Assembly: GCA_045659905.1 (NCBI GenBank)
Contig: JAZRCT010000003.1
Coordinates: forward strand, 26,037 to 90,036
DNA length: 64,000 nt
Direction: 5' to 3'
DNA from: Eubacteriales bacterium
GTDB lineage: Bacteria > Bacillota > Clostridia > Oscillospirales > CAG-272
Position 1 is the first letter of the stretch, and the number at the start of each line of letters is the position of its first letter. Positions 9,901 through 17,720 of the stretch are shown here, one piece after another. Position numbers and translations under genes: made by a program. The notes beneath the pieces are model-generated. The model worked only from the letters and a program-made list of their open reading frames with translations. It was not told the DNA's origin and searched no databases.

Positions 9901-12900
9901 CCGTTATATACTACAAGCTTACCCGTAGCGGCTCCCTTGATTTCACCGTCCTCTACCGAGAAGTAAAGCTCGGTTACGTCAAGCTTCTTTACGCTTCCTA
10001 TAAGCTTAAGGGAATTAAGGAGTCCCTTGTCCTTTTCGCTCATTTCAAAGGAAAGATTTTCAAGCTTGATGGCAACTCCGTTTATATTCTTCCAGGAATT
10101 TACGAGGTTGAAGTAATAGGTGTCTGCCTCCTCGCCGCCGCACTTGCTGCATACGCCGTCAACGTAGGTATGCTCTGCCGTTGCAGGAACGGTCGTCACC
10201 TCGGTCTTACCGCATTCGCAGTAGGAGGTGCTTTCGCCTGACTCACCGCAGGTAGGAATTTTCGTTACCGTAGCGTTTTCAAAGCTGTGCTCGGCAACGT
10301 CTGCCCTCTCGCCGCAAATACATGCGTGCCAATGCTCCTCGCCGTCGCTGCTCCACTCGGTGGAGAATACGTGACCGGGAGTGCCTATTTCAACAACCTT
10401 TACGTCGCTGTAATCCTCACTACCGTAGGTAAGATATGCCGTGTAGGTGGTTCTCGTGAAATCCGAGCAGGTGCCGTTTACGACGTCCTTGTCTACGGTG
10501 GCGCTGATAACTACCGTGTGAGAAGCCTCGTTTTCACAGGTGAAGGTAAGGGTAGCCGAGCTGTAATCGACAGCCCAGCTCCATACGGTAGGCTGGTATG
10601 CGTGACCGAGAGCCTCTACAAAGGCGTCGGTATAGCTGTAATCGCAATTCTTACAGTCGTGAAGGGTGTAGCCGTCAGCCGTGCAGGTGGCGGGGACTAC
10701 GGTGCTTTCGTAATCGTGCGCAAGCTTCTTATAAATTATCGTATACTCTGCGTCGCAATTTTGGCAGTCGTATTTCGTAAATCCGTCAGCAGCGCAGTCT
10801 GCCTCCTGCGACTCTGTGACGCTGTATACGTGGCCGATAGCGGCAAGCTTAGTGGAGTAGCTGTGTCCGCAATCGCCGCAGGTATGTACGATATATCCGC
10901 TTTCCGTGCAGCTTGCTTCGTGAGTTACGGAGGCGTAATCGTGACCGTCTGCTATTACGAGGCTATCCTCGTCTACGTACTTATCGTGGCAGCGTACGCA
11001 TACGTAAAGGTCGTAAGCGTCCTTGGTGCAGCTGCCCTCTACGTGCTGAGGAAGATATCCGTGTCCGTAAAGAGCGCATCTTTCCTCGGGTGTCAATCTC
11101 GTTACGGTGTAGTAAGAGAAGTGGTTGGTCTTAAAGGTGACGTAGCCGTTATTGTAGGTCGCCTCGATTGAGACAAGCCTGTGAGTGCTATCCTCACAGT
11201 TTTCAATTTCGCATTCCTCAAGGGCGCACTCGCCGCTGATAAACCAGATAGCGATGCTGTCTACGTCCTCGCCCTCATCAAGCTTGTAAGGAAGGGTTAT
11301 GGTTACCCAGTTGTCCTCGCCAAACTTGGAAATATTAGAAGTTCCGTCGCTTATGGTGAAATTGTAAATCGGGTTATCTCCGACCTGATTTTCAAGCTGT
11401 TCTTCGGTAAGTCCGAGATCGGTGCGGTCGTCGCCCTCAAGCTTATCGGCAGAAACGGTAACGTTCTTATCGCCGATAGTGTCTATAACGCCACTGTCAA
11501 GGCTTATATTCGCATCCTTAAGCTCGATTTCCTTATTTGCGAGGTCGCTTGCGTTTACGCTATCGGTGGTCGTACCCGTGTATACCGTTACGGTCTTGGT
11601 TGCAGAGCATACCGAGCAGGTATCGGTTCTTACGCCGTCTGCTGCCTCGCCCTTAGTCCAGCTGTGTCCCGTTGCGTTTGCGTAAATGGTCTCGGGAGTC
11701 TTTCCCGTGTCGCCGCACTTGCTGCACGTGAAGGTCTTTACACCGTCCGTAACGCAGGTTGCGGGTGTCGTTATAGTAGCAACGTAATCGTGCTTATATA
11801 CAGGCTCGTCGCCTACGACCTCTTCGCCGCAGCCGCTGCGCTGGCAAACGTATACAAGCTCGTACTTGCAGCCGCTGACGTGTCTTTCGGTCGGGGTTAC
11901 ACCCGTAATATCGTGTCCCAGCGCATCCTTATCCTCGTCGGTATAGGAATCGCCGCAGTTACATACGTAGGAATTAACAGCTGCGCTCTCGCAGGTTGCA
12001 GCCGTGGAATTTTCAGAATCAAGAACGTAGACGTGTGAGCTTACGTCGGTCTTCGCACATACGTCGCAGGCGTGGTCGCCGTCGGTATCAACGTCGGAGC
12101 AATTCTCAAGCACCGCCTGACAGCCGTAGTCGCAGACGTGGTCGCCGTCGGTATCCGAGTCTGAGCAGTTACCCATATCGTTCTTTCCGCAGCCGTTATC
12201 GCAAAGGTGGTTAAAGTCCTTGTCCTCGTGGCTTAAGGTGCTACCCGTAGTAGCTCCGCACTCAGAGCAGGTTGCGGGAGCGGCGCAGGTTGCGCTGCTG
12301 AAGCTACATTCGGTTATATCCGCGCTTCCGCATACGTCGCAATCGTGATCGCCGTCGTCCTCCTCGTCGGAGCAGCTCTCAAGCACCGCCTGACAGCCGT
12401 AGTCGCAGACGTGATCGGTATCATCCTCGGAATCGGCGTGGTTACCGAAGCTCACGGAGCAGCCGTAATCGCAAGCGTGGTCATAATTACCGTCGGCGCA
12501 GGTGCCAAAGACCTCGTCGCAGCCGTGGTCACAGGCGTGGTCCTTATCTGCGTCCTCGCACTTACCGATTGCAACAGTACAGCCATAGTCGCAGACGTGG
12601 TCTGTATTTGCGTCTTCGTGGTCGCCTATTGCTGTGTTACAGCCGTAGTCACAGACGTGGTCCTTGCCTATATCGGTATGGTCGCCGATTGAAACCGAGC
12701 AGCCGTAGTCACAGCCATGGTCCTTGTTTACGTCTTCGTGGTCGCCCATATCATCAGAGCAGATATCGCAGGCGTGATTCCTATTTGCGTCTGTGCAATC
12801 GTGCGCTATTTTCTCATTGCACTCGTCGCACTTGCCGTCTACGACCGTGTCGTAGCAGCCACCGTCTGCGCTCCTGCCGCAGCCGTAGTCGCAAAGGTGG

Positions 12901-13973
12901 TTAGCGTCGTCGCCGTCGCCATGCTCACCGAACACCTCGTCGCAGCCGTGGTCGCAGTCGTGATCCTTATCTGCGTCCTCGCACTTACCGATTGCAACGG
13001 TACAGCCATAGTCGCAGACGTGATCGGTATTTGCGTCTTCGTGGTCACCTATTACAGTGGAACAGCCGTAGTCACAGGCGTGGTCGTAGTTTACGTCGAC
13101 GTGATTGCCTATCGCATTTGTGCAGCCGTAGTCGCAGACGTGGTCCTTGTTTGCGTCTTCGTGGTCGCCCATATCGTCAGAGCAGATATCGCAGGCGTGA
13201 TTCTTATTTTCGTCTACGCAATCGTGCTCTATGTCAGCGTCGCACTCGTCGCACTTGCCGTTTACTACCGTGTCGTAGCAGCCGCTGTCGGCGCTTCTGC
13301 CGCAGCCGTAATCGCAAAGGTGGTTGGCGTCGTCGCCGTCGGTATGCTCACCAAGTACCTCGTCACATCCGTAGTCACAATCGTGGTCCTTATCTGCGTC
13401 GGCGCATACGCCGATTGCGGTGGTACAGCCGTAGTCGCAGGCGTGGTCCTTATCCGCATCGGTGTGATTACCGACGGGAGCGCTGCAGTCTCGGTCGCAG
13501 GTATGGTCCTTATTTTCGTCAATATGCTCGAGTACAAGGCCGCTTAAGAAGGTGTCCTCTGCGCTCGTGCTGATAGCTCCGCAGGGGCAGGACTTATAGT
13601 ATACAGCCGCACTCGCACAGGTTGCAGCGGATTTCAGTGTCTGTGTCTTTACAGCCTCTACTGTGTAACTGTGAGGCAGAGCAGCTCCGTCCTTAGCCGA
13701 ACAGTTTTTACAGGATTTGGGTGAAGTGCAGGTTGCCTCGCCCCAATCGTGGCCGAGTGCCTCCACCGTGCCGGTCTCGGGTGTGGAGCACTTTACGCAT
13801 TTGCGCTCCTTCACTCCTGCTGTCGTGCAGGTTGCGTCCTTCGTCGTTTCCCATTCGCCCCATTCGTGGGTGCAGTAGTTCAGATCGCAGGCAGATAAGC
13901 CTAAGATGCAAACGACAACTAAGAGAAGACAAAGCAGGCTTGCTAAAATCTTTCCTTTTGCTTTCATTTTCAA
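3930..13973 (-). CDS. giant (3347 aa) Cys-rich repeat lipoprotein, probably cell-surface; function unknown
   Basis: Single uninterrupted ORF with a GGAGG RBS. Lipoprotein signal MKMKAKGK...LGLSAC (lipobox Cys29). Many Cys-pair modules ending in G-H-x-[WYF], an Asp/His/Cys tandem array, a Cys-free acidic segment of about 450 aa, duplicated super-modules and PPC-like beta domains, including one at the C-terminus. Confidence 0.85.
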   Translation of the reverse strand: MKMKAKGKILASLLCLLLVVVCILGLSACDLNYCTHEWGEWETTKDATCTTAGVKERKCVKCSTPETGTVEALGHDWGEATCTSPKSCKNCSAKDGAALPHSYTVEAVKTQTLKSAATCASAAVYYKSCPCGAISTSAEDTFLSGLVLEHIDENKDHTCDRDCSAPVGNHTDADKDHACDYGCTTAIGVCADADKDHDCDYGCDEVLGEHTDGDDANHLCDYGCGRSADSGCYDTVVNGKCDECDADIEHDCVDENKNHACDICSDDMGDHEDANKDHVCDYGCTNAIGNHVDVNYDHACDYGCSTVIGDHEDANTDHVCDYGCTVAIGKCEDADKDHDCDHGCDEVFGEHGDGDDANHLCDYGCGRSADGGCYDTVVDGKCDECNEKIAHDCTDANRNHACDICSDDMGDHEDVNKDHGCDYGCSVSIGDHTDIGKDHVCDYGCNTAIGDHEDANTDHVCDYGCTVAIGKCEDADKDHACDHGCDEVFGTCADGNYDHACDYGCSVSFGNHADSEDDTDHVCDYGCQAVLESCSDEEDDGDHDCDVCGSADITECSFSSATCAAPATCSECGATTGSTLSHEDKDFNHLCDNGCGKNDMGNCSDSDTDGDHVCDYGCQAVLENCSDVDTDGDHACDVCAKTDVSSHVYVLDSENSTAATCESAAVNSYVCNCGDSYTDEDKDALGHDITGVTPTERHVSGCKYELVYVCQRSGCGEEVVGDEPVYKHDYVATITTPATCVTDGVKTFTCSKCGDTGKTPETIYANATGHSWTKGEAADGVRTDTCSVCSATKTVTVYTGTTTDSVNASDLANKEIELKDANISLDSGVIDTIGDKNVTVSADKLEGDDRTDLGLTEEQLENQVGDNPIYNFTISDGTSNISKFGEDNWVTITLPYKLDEGEDVDSIAIWFISGECALEECEIENCEDSTHRLVSIEATYNNGYVTFKTNHFSYYTVTRLTPEERCALYGHGYLPQHVEGSCTKDAYDLYVCVRCHDKYVDEDSLVIADGHDYASVTHEASCTESGYIVHTCGDCGHSYSTKLAAIGHVYSVTESQEADCAADGFTKYDCQNCDAEYTIIYKKLAHDYESTVVPATCTADGYTLHDCKNCDYSYTDAFVEALGHAYQPTVWSWAVDYSSATLTFTCENEASHTVVISATVDKDVVNGTCSDFTRTTYTAYLTYGSEDYSDVKVVEIGTPGHVFSTEWSSDGEEHWHACICGERADVAEHSFENATVTKIPTCGESGESTSYCECGKTEVTTVPATAEHTYVDGVCSKCGGEEADTYYFNLVNSWKNINGVAIKLENLSFEMSEKDKGLLNSLKLIGSVKKLDVTELYFSVEDGEIKGAATGKLVVYNGPFYQADAIYEFKAVIHDGVIYLSTYLGKEEADWESSTKIPLDSVFGSMGTPTGVVAAVMSALEFVGDTVIPAIDTIVELNFATANEIFEDAFNMLFTFEEQEDGSVVAVLDFEKFLALNENLATKTISEVIDIYFGEGAFDKVYDLVLEILALELPEIPEYIDAIGLNYEALVEQINAFASQVGAPEGFDLDAMLTDSSMNGVTLGMLIFGSEDDSYVDEIDGFADMLRGSSLYSLIAPSAEDAKDMVADTINMISEFLTVSFATDSEGMLTDINLGVSGFVYEDENQKVTLDFGISFAINATIEVTWGDIIEEIEESIVLPTDEMIEATERRYFYNASGYVEYKGEIYEYQGMQILVDKTLKDNLQEISIYSDCTGFMRYYATFSANCYRFTLASITVDGNSVMLFIDELAPEEYHSDGKIIGVREMVELVPTETGFVAVYEDGSTKEIEVDTQNQPSDMVKFYYDMYLAIFDNPEGYATTVDIQYFYNAALEEYANDSQHSFEYEYKLEGDSCYDGCVEISTCLTCGKVEQYQYSGHREYTHFTSDGYDVCEYHCVNFSSCLCGEYCGYEFNQDSFLYDEASEAFYCEECGLMLVFTYEVAENGCLATYTNSISVKLLDITLYSDTESSTVANHNFTDTAVTEADGVVSVKSSCDKCGAESDTEVFSVTAPSELTSEGFSADYTFVPDKSAVYTLATQSMYGMILDGIAKPIVDSKMMILSPIVPSSIYLYRLVDGELVLVQEGFNAKGDNNQLLMSAELTEGATYVYRIEYRQSVSPNAKFCFSIALGEGEAECNHQSSETFNIRPDGATSCEDGVMRISFCNNCGTVRNAYFTYGHTTEEKEIKLSELGLCDGWISQRQCTVCGKVTHSEINDYGCDWNFVEITEDGYQVFNCLRCGATKLNFSESSEKDESCNFVTTEISVYMKDGEEIYRYETTYSSTSHRYEYRFELTGDSCNDGYTVFESCKDCDHYDEWDTSGHSTYTVFWYGEPCCDDHGAVVERCACGENVYVKFNEDSFRFDEESKTYVCDECGLTILDSITTEKVGCAETRSINVQITLFGETLYSYTDEVVVEMHNFTGKQFTLVDGKIVLTATCEGCSAETVTEFVVAELEYHDGEYYGDYTFTPSESSIYTYRLDSSVCYRADVYILLDGELKWIPQEGMDAVRLEAGNTYVFRMYGDSADTAVLALAKGDYSFTSHSGHRCGALLPDSESCTDGALTVYLCTECGFVFSPEINYEHWDNLTDYVDLSEQGACYGGVWYYSCVCGELESLEINGCMRHSSENEYYDGEGRLVHVDVYTCDSCNIRYTRSYYTEKSGCELIKHFTVLINTEDATVFEKEYTEIDEDHNCTVSGTLIGGTDCSGGVRVTYICKDCDYEYSYDTYWHESFQLERIDLSEYGSVCGGYATLNSCACGLNSSLSLEHSLCDFGEEWCELWIDDAIIGIHYTINGETYFGYNAGIKICAVTDPAEAACGFKIRYASYWLKSGDGCYADEYVTYQFGYDKESGECEYELTFKTGGRRVYHNYVDSSADGNVKLDCPDCGSYYYETYYVDGEGNSNKYEKHVKNTLDDGSNREYIRILENNYEAEDCTVYDNSEYEKFVYCDGSEYWYRSLENTEDYTYTLDGVECPGYKVTKVRIDSQDYSYEEEYAFVNYQGYEFRIYEERTQGDFWCRSDYSYTFDGPCVKTTVYADSDDYTDTFSEKICRFDRHVTVKEPTCTQDGETCWECIFCGNRSESYFNSPHGHNWVQVSGNWYYCYTCGLENANGVSGEIVMEDLTAQYGNGEYYVVGYCVYNSVEFVEFDKYVSLILSDNTEVVVLMDIEFITVDGVRAFAFSKAAIDAWASENGYADYDVRFSFVPYGADGSFDYGLTFAESTVDTENIVGNVSFVDYIAEGEVKIYTIAPTEDANWIFTSFVNYGDCSTVAYLCDENGAELASDSYGGVNGNFRIVYELKAGEVYTLKVSHINENHAGEVPLLFGIER
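12039..13526 (-). repeat. in-frame tandem array of about 20 Asp/His/Cys-rich units (about 19-22 aa) inside the giant gene, including a 423-bp tandem duplication
   Basis: Repeated peptide pattern D-x-[DN]-H-x-C-D-[YH]-G-C-x4-G-x-[HC] over roughly aa 150-645. Blocks at about 12561-12983 and 12984-13406 align nucleotide-for-nucleotide with scattered substitutions. Confidence 0.85.
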
Positions 13974-14058
13974 CGCCTCCGTTTTATATTATTTATTTGA
14001 GTATCGAAATTCAGTATTCCCTTTGTTCATATACTATTCATTATAAGGAAACAATTTC

Positions 14059-14087
14059 ATTCTACCACCGCAAATCCGATAAGTCAA
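14059..14087 (-). promoter_or_regulatory. sigma-A type promoter of the giant lipoprotein gene
   Basis: On the minus strand: TTGACT (14087-14082), 17-nt spacer, TGg-TAGAAT (14064-14059). This leaves a 5' UTR of about 80 nt. Confidence 0.6.
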
Positions 14088-14211
14088 CGCTTTTTCTATT
14101 TTTATATAATAAAAATATTTTTAATGGAACATTTCTTATAGTTTGTGCGCTTATCGCAGTAACAATCATATTCAAGAAAGCTCGGGGGAATAACCGAAAA
14201 GCAAAGCAAAA

Positions 14212-14251
14212 GAAAAAAGGCGGCAGCCGCCGCATCGCTGCGGTGGCTGCC
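14212..14251 (-). terminator. rho-independent terminator of the acyl-CoA ligase gene
   Basis: On the minus strand: GGCAGCCACCGC-agcgat-GCGGCGGCTGCC hairpin (one A/C mismatch), followed by TTTTTT. Confidence 0.6.
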
Positions 14252-14271
14252 ACTGAGCTACAAATGTAATC

Positions 14272-16005
14272 CTAGTCTATAGTCTTATCAAGCTTAAATC
14301 TCGTGATTTTACGGGAGGTGTTCTTCGGGAATTCCTCCTGTCTGATTTTCACCCTACCTATTGCCTTGTAGGGTGCGTTCTTTGCGTTTATCTTCTTAAT
14401 TTCGTCCTCAAAATATTTCTGAGCGTCCTCTATATTGTGAAGCTTCAGCGCATCGGAATCGGGGAAGATTTCGGCGACTATTACGTCGGTCGAATGCATA
14501 TTGGCGGAAAGTCCCTCGTATACTACGACCTCATTTACTCCGTAGATGCCCTGAATGTCGGTCTCAAGCTCCTCGGGGTAGACGTTCTTGCCGTTAGAAA
14601 GGATAATAAGATTCTTGCTTCTGCCCGTGATATAAATCCACTGGTCGCCGTCGATAAGCTCCACTCTTCCAAGGTCGCCCGTGTGGAAGTAGCCCTCCTC
14701 GTCGATAACGGCACGGGTAGCCTCCTCCTCGCCGAAGTAGCCAAGCATTACGTTAGGTCCTGCGTAGCAGATTTCGCCCTCGCCGGCCTCGTTGGGATTG
14801 GCGATTTTTACCTTACCGCCTATGATAGGCATACCGACAGAGCCCTGTCTTCTGCACTCGTTGCGGTTGCAGGAAATAAGGGGTGCGCACTCGGTGATTC
14901 CGTAGCCGTTAAGAATTACGACGCCGATAGATTCAAAGAAGTCTATGATGCTTTGATTCAGCGCAGCTCCACCGCAGATAATCATTTCAAGCTCTCCGCC
15001 AAAGTTGGAAAGAACACTTGCTCCAAAGAGTTTTTTCCTTAGGTCAATGCCAACTTTTCTTAGCATATTTGAGATTTTAATGCCTTTTTTGAGAGTATCA
15101 AGCTTGCCGGTCTTTTCGGCGGTAGCCATAATTCTCTTATAGAAGGTTTCAACAAAAAGAGGAACCAAGATAAGATGCGTAGGCTTAAATTCCTTAAGTT
15201 CGTTCAGTATATATCTTATACCCGACGAGATATACACCTCGCAGCCCTGCGCAAAGTGACCGACGAAATTGACCGTCGAACCGAATGTATGATGCGGAGG
15301 AAGCACGAACATAGTCTTCGGGGTAATGTTGAAATTATACATACCCTGTTCCATATCCGAGCAAATATTCTTAAGCGAGAGCATAACGCCCTTGCCCTTG
15401 CCTGTCGTACCTGAGGTAAAGACTATCGAAGCCAAGCCCTCACGGTCGATTTCATAATCAAAATACGCTCTGTCGCCTGCCGCAAGCTTCTCCTTACCTG
15501 CCGCAATAATCTCATAAAGCGGACGAGCGCCCTCTACGGGATTATTGCCCATAGAAACGATAAGCGACACCGAAGCGCAGGCGTCATTTATCTCACGGAT
15601 TTTGTCGCACAGCGCATCCGAGAAGAATATAGCCTCAGCGCCCGAGGTGCTGATAATAGACACAGTATCAGCTATGGGAAGCTCCTTATCGATAGGAACG
15701 GTAACCACTCCCACCGTCATAAGAGCGGTATAGGAGAAGAACCAATCGGTAGAAGCGCCGCCTATGATAGCGACCTTTTTACCGGGAAGTCCCATACGGT
15801 AGCACTCGGTAGCTATTGCGCGAATGGTATCACGGCTTTCCTTGAAGGTAACCGTCCTCGTATTCTTATCGCTTGGCGCATCCTTCCACCTGAAGGCGAC
15901 CTTGTCGGGATATTTCTCGGCTACATTCTCGGTCATTTCACGAAAATCGCTGAAATGAGTAGTTTCGTAAAGCTTGTAATTTTTCTTTCTGTTTTTAATA
16001 GGCAT
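14272..16005 (-). CDS. long-chain fatty acid-CoA ligase (AMP-binding enzyme family)
   Basis: AMP-binding motif FTSGTTGKGKGV. The start is set to ATG 16005 (MPIKNRKK...), downstream of a consensus promoter that lies inside the longer ORF. Confidence 0.85.
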   Translation of the reverse strand: MPIKNRKKNYKLYETTHFSDFREMTENVAEKYPDKVAFRWKDAPSDKNTRTVTFKESRDTIRAIATECYRMGLPGKKVAIIGGASTDWFFSYTALMTVGVVTVPIDKELPIADTVSIISTSGAEAIFFSDALCDKIREINDACASVSLIVSMGNNPVEGARPLYEIIAAGKEKLAAGDRAYFDYEIDREGLASIVFTSGTTGKGKGVMLSLKNICSDMEQGMYNFNITPKTMFVLPPHHTFGSTVNFVGHFAQGCEVYISSGIRYILNELKEFKPTHLILVPLFVETFYKRIMATAEKTGKLDTLKKGIKISNMLRKVGIDLRKKLFGASVLSNFGGELEMIICGGAALNQSIIDFFESIGVVILNGYGITECAPLISCNRNECRRQGSVGMPIIGGKVKIANPNEAGEGEICYAGPNVMLGYFGEEEATRAVIDEEGYFHTGDLGRVELIDGDQWIYITGRSKNLIILSNGKNVYPEELETDIQGIYGVNEVVVYEGLSANMHSTDVIVAEIFPDSDALKLHNIEDAQKYFEDEIKKINAKNAPYKAIGRVKIRQEEFPKNTSRKITRFKLDKTID

Positions 16006-16042
16006 ATAAGATACCTCACGTTTGGATTCCACACCGAAAAAT

Positions 16043-16071
16043 ATTTTAGCACAAATCGGCAATTTTGTCAA
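16043..16071 (-). promoter_or_regulatory. sigma-A type promoter of the acyl-CoA ligase gene
   Basis: On the minus strand: TTGACA, 17-nt spacer, TGc-TAAAAT. Confidence 0.6.
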
Positions 16072-16165
16072 GTAATTCACCTTTGTAAAAAAATCGCAGA
16101 CAAAGGCATTAGTGATAAATCCCTCCGCTTCTATCAAAATTCGGGGCGATAATTGCAATTTCGTG

Positions 16166-16194
16166 TTGACTAACGGCGGATTTTATAGTACAAT
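16166..16194 (+). promoter_or_regulatory. sigma-A type promoter of the rsmF-like gene
   Basis: TTGACT (16166-16171), 17-nt spacer, TACAAT (16189-16194). Confidence 0.6.
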
Positions 16195-16272
16195 ATGTCT
16201 TGTGTTATTTTAGGATTTCAGCCGACAAAGAGAGCCTGAGAGCGCTTTTCGGCAGGGAGGGAGGAACAGCGA

Positions 16273-17646
16273 ATGCTTGACGGTGCATTCTTAGACAGAA
16301 TGAAGCTTTTGCTTGGCGAGAGCTTCGAGGATTTTTCGCTTGCACTCAGCAGGAGCGCCCAGCGTGCATTCAGGGTAAATCCGATAAAGGCTTTGCCAAG
16401 CGACCTACTGCTTCCCGAAAATATAAAGGTAGAGAAAATCCCCTACGCCAAGGATGCTTACACCGTTACCGAGGGAGGCGAGGGGCTTGGAAATTCGCCT
16501 ATGCACCACGCAGGGCAGATATATATTCAGGACGGCGGCGCTATGTCTGCGATATGCGCTCTGCCAAGGCTTGCCCCAGACGCTAAGATAGCCGACCTAT
16601 GCGCAGCGCCGGGCGGAAAAAGCTCACAGCTTGCCGCACTTATCGGCAAAGGTGGCGCTTTGCTCTCAAACGAGATAGTCCACAAGCGAGCGGTAATTCT
16701 CGTCGAAAATCTTACCAGAATGGGGATAAGAAACGCCGTCGTGACCTCAGCAGACACGGCAAGGCTTGCCGAGCTTTACGAAGGATTTTTCGACCTTGTG
16801 ACGGTTGACGCTCCCTGCTCGGGAGAGGGTATGTTCAGAAAGGGCGAGATTGCCGTTTCCGAGTGGAGCGAGGACGGCGTAAGGCTTTGCGCCGAGCGGC
16901 AGAGCGAGATACTGAAGAACGCCTCGAAAATGCTGAAGTCGGGCGGATATCTTCTCTACTCAACCTGCACCTATTCGCTCGAAGAAAACGAGCTTCAGGT
17001 AGATAAATTTCTTAAAGAAAATCCAGACTTTTCGCTGGAAGAAATCGACAATCCCGAGCTTATAAAATGCACCGCAGACGGAATACAGCCCGAGGGCGCA
17101 TACTGTAAGACGCTGAGTTATTGCCGAAGATTTTATCCGCATTTAGCTAAGGGCGAGGGGCAGTTTTTCGCGCTCCTTAAGCTCAGCTCCGACGAGGTAA
17201 GAACGGAGGTAACTCGTGACAAGGCTGCGAAGCCCGCCAAGGACGAGGAGCGTATTGCCCTTGAATTTCTCAAAGCGAATTTAAAGACTGTGCCCAAAGG
17301 TCGAATTGCAAAGCGAGGCGGCAACCTTGAAATTATAGCGCACGAAATCCCGATAGACCCGTCGGTCACAGTGACCGGCGGCGTTACGCTCGGCGAGATA
17401 AGAGGCAAAATTCTCTTTCCGCACCACCACTTTTTCTCTGCGTACGGCAGCGACTTTTTAAGGCAGGAGGAGCTTTCGTCGGAGGAGGAAGCGATAAAAT
17501 ATCTTCGGGGCGAGGAGCTTACGCAAAAGTCGGAGGGCTCGGGGTATATTGCCGTAAAATATCACGGCAGCACGCTTGGCGGAGGCAAGGCTTCAAGCGG
17601 AAAAATCAAAAATCATTACCCAAAGTTTTTAAGAATAAAGAGATAA
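16273..17646 (+). CDS. RsmB/RsmF-family rRNA cytosine-C5 methyltransferase (NOL1/NOP2/Sun) with C-terminal extension
   Basis: Motifs DLCAAPGGKS, DAPCSGEGMFRK and YSTCT. Strong GGGAGGGAGG RBS. Confidence 0.85.
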   Translation: MLDGAFLDRMKLLLGESFEDFSLALSRSAQRAFRVNPIKALPSDLLLPENIKVEKIPYAKDAYTVTEGGEGLGNSPMHHAGQIYIQDGGAMSAICALPRLAPDAKIADLCAAPGGKSSQLAALIGKGGALLSNEIVHKRAVILVENLTRMGIRNAVVTSADTARLAELYEGFFDLVTVDAPCSGEGMFRKGEIAVSEWSEDGVRLCAERQSEILKNASKMLKSGGYLLYSTCTYSLEENELQVDKFLKENPDFSLEEIDNPELIKCTADGIQPEGAYCKTLSYCRRFYPHLAKGEGQFFALLKLSSDEVRTEVTRDKAAKPAKDEERIALEFLKANLKTVPKGRIAKRGGNLEIIAHEIPIDPSVTVTGGVTLGEIRGKILFPHHHFFSAYGSDFLRQEELSSEEEAIKYLRGEELTQKSEGSGYIAVKYHGSTLGGGKASSGKIKNHYPKFLRIKR

Positions 17647-17720
17647 TTTAAACCTAAATTTACGCAAGTTTTATTGCGTAATTGTCTACAATTGATTACA
17701 AAATACAGGAGATATATACA

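Noticed and set aside
4752-13573. Numerous long plus-strand ORFs antisense to the giant gene, for example 5313-5927, 6903-7940, 10287-11171, 11181-12038, 12717-13547 and 12992-13573.
   Set aside because: They are all nested inside the 10-kb minus-strand ORF and lack RBSs. Their compositions are low-complexity (Val/Ala/Ile-rich or Arg/Ser-rich) and mirror the repeat codons. They are artefacts of repetitive, stop-poor antisense frames.
14236-14256. tRNA-like string GTAGCTCAGTGG on the minus strand, which resembles a tRNA D-arm.
   Set aside because: It is followed by the GC hairpin of the acyl-CoA ligase terminator. There is no TAGAGC, anticodon arm or GTTCGAATC T-arm, and no cloverleaf can be drawn.
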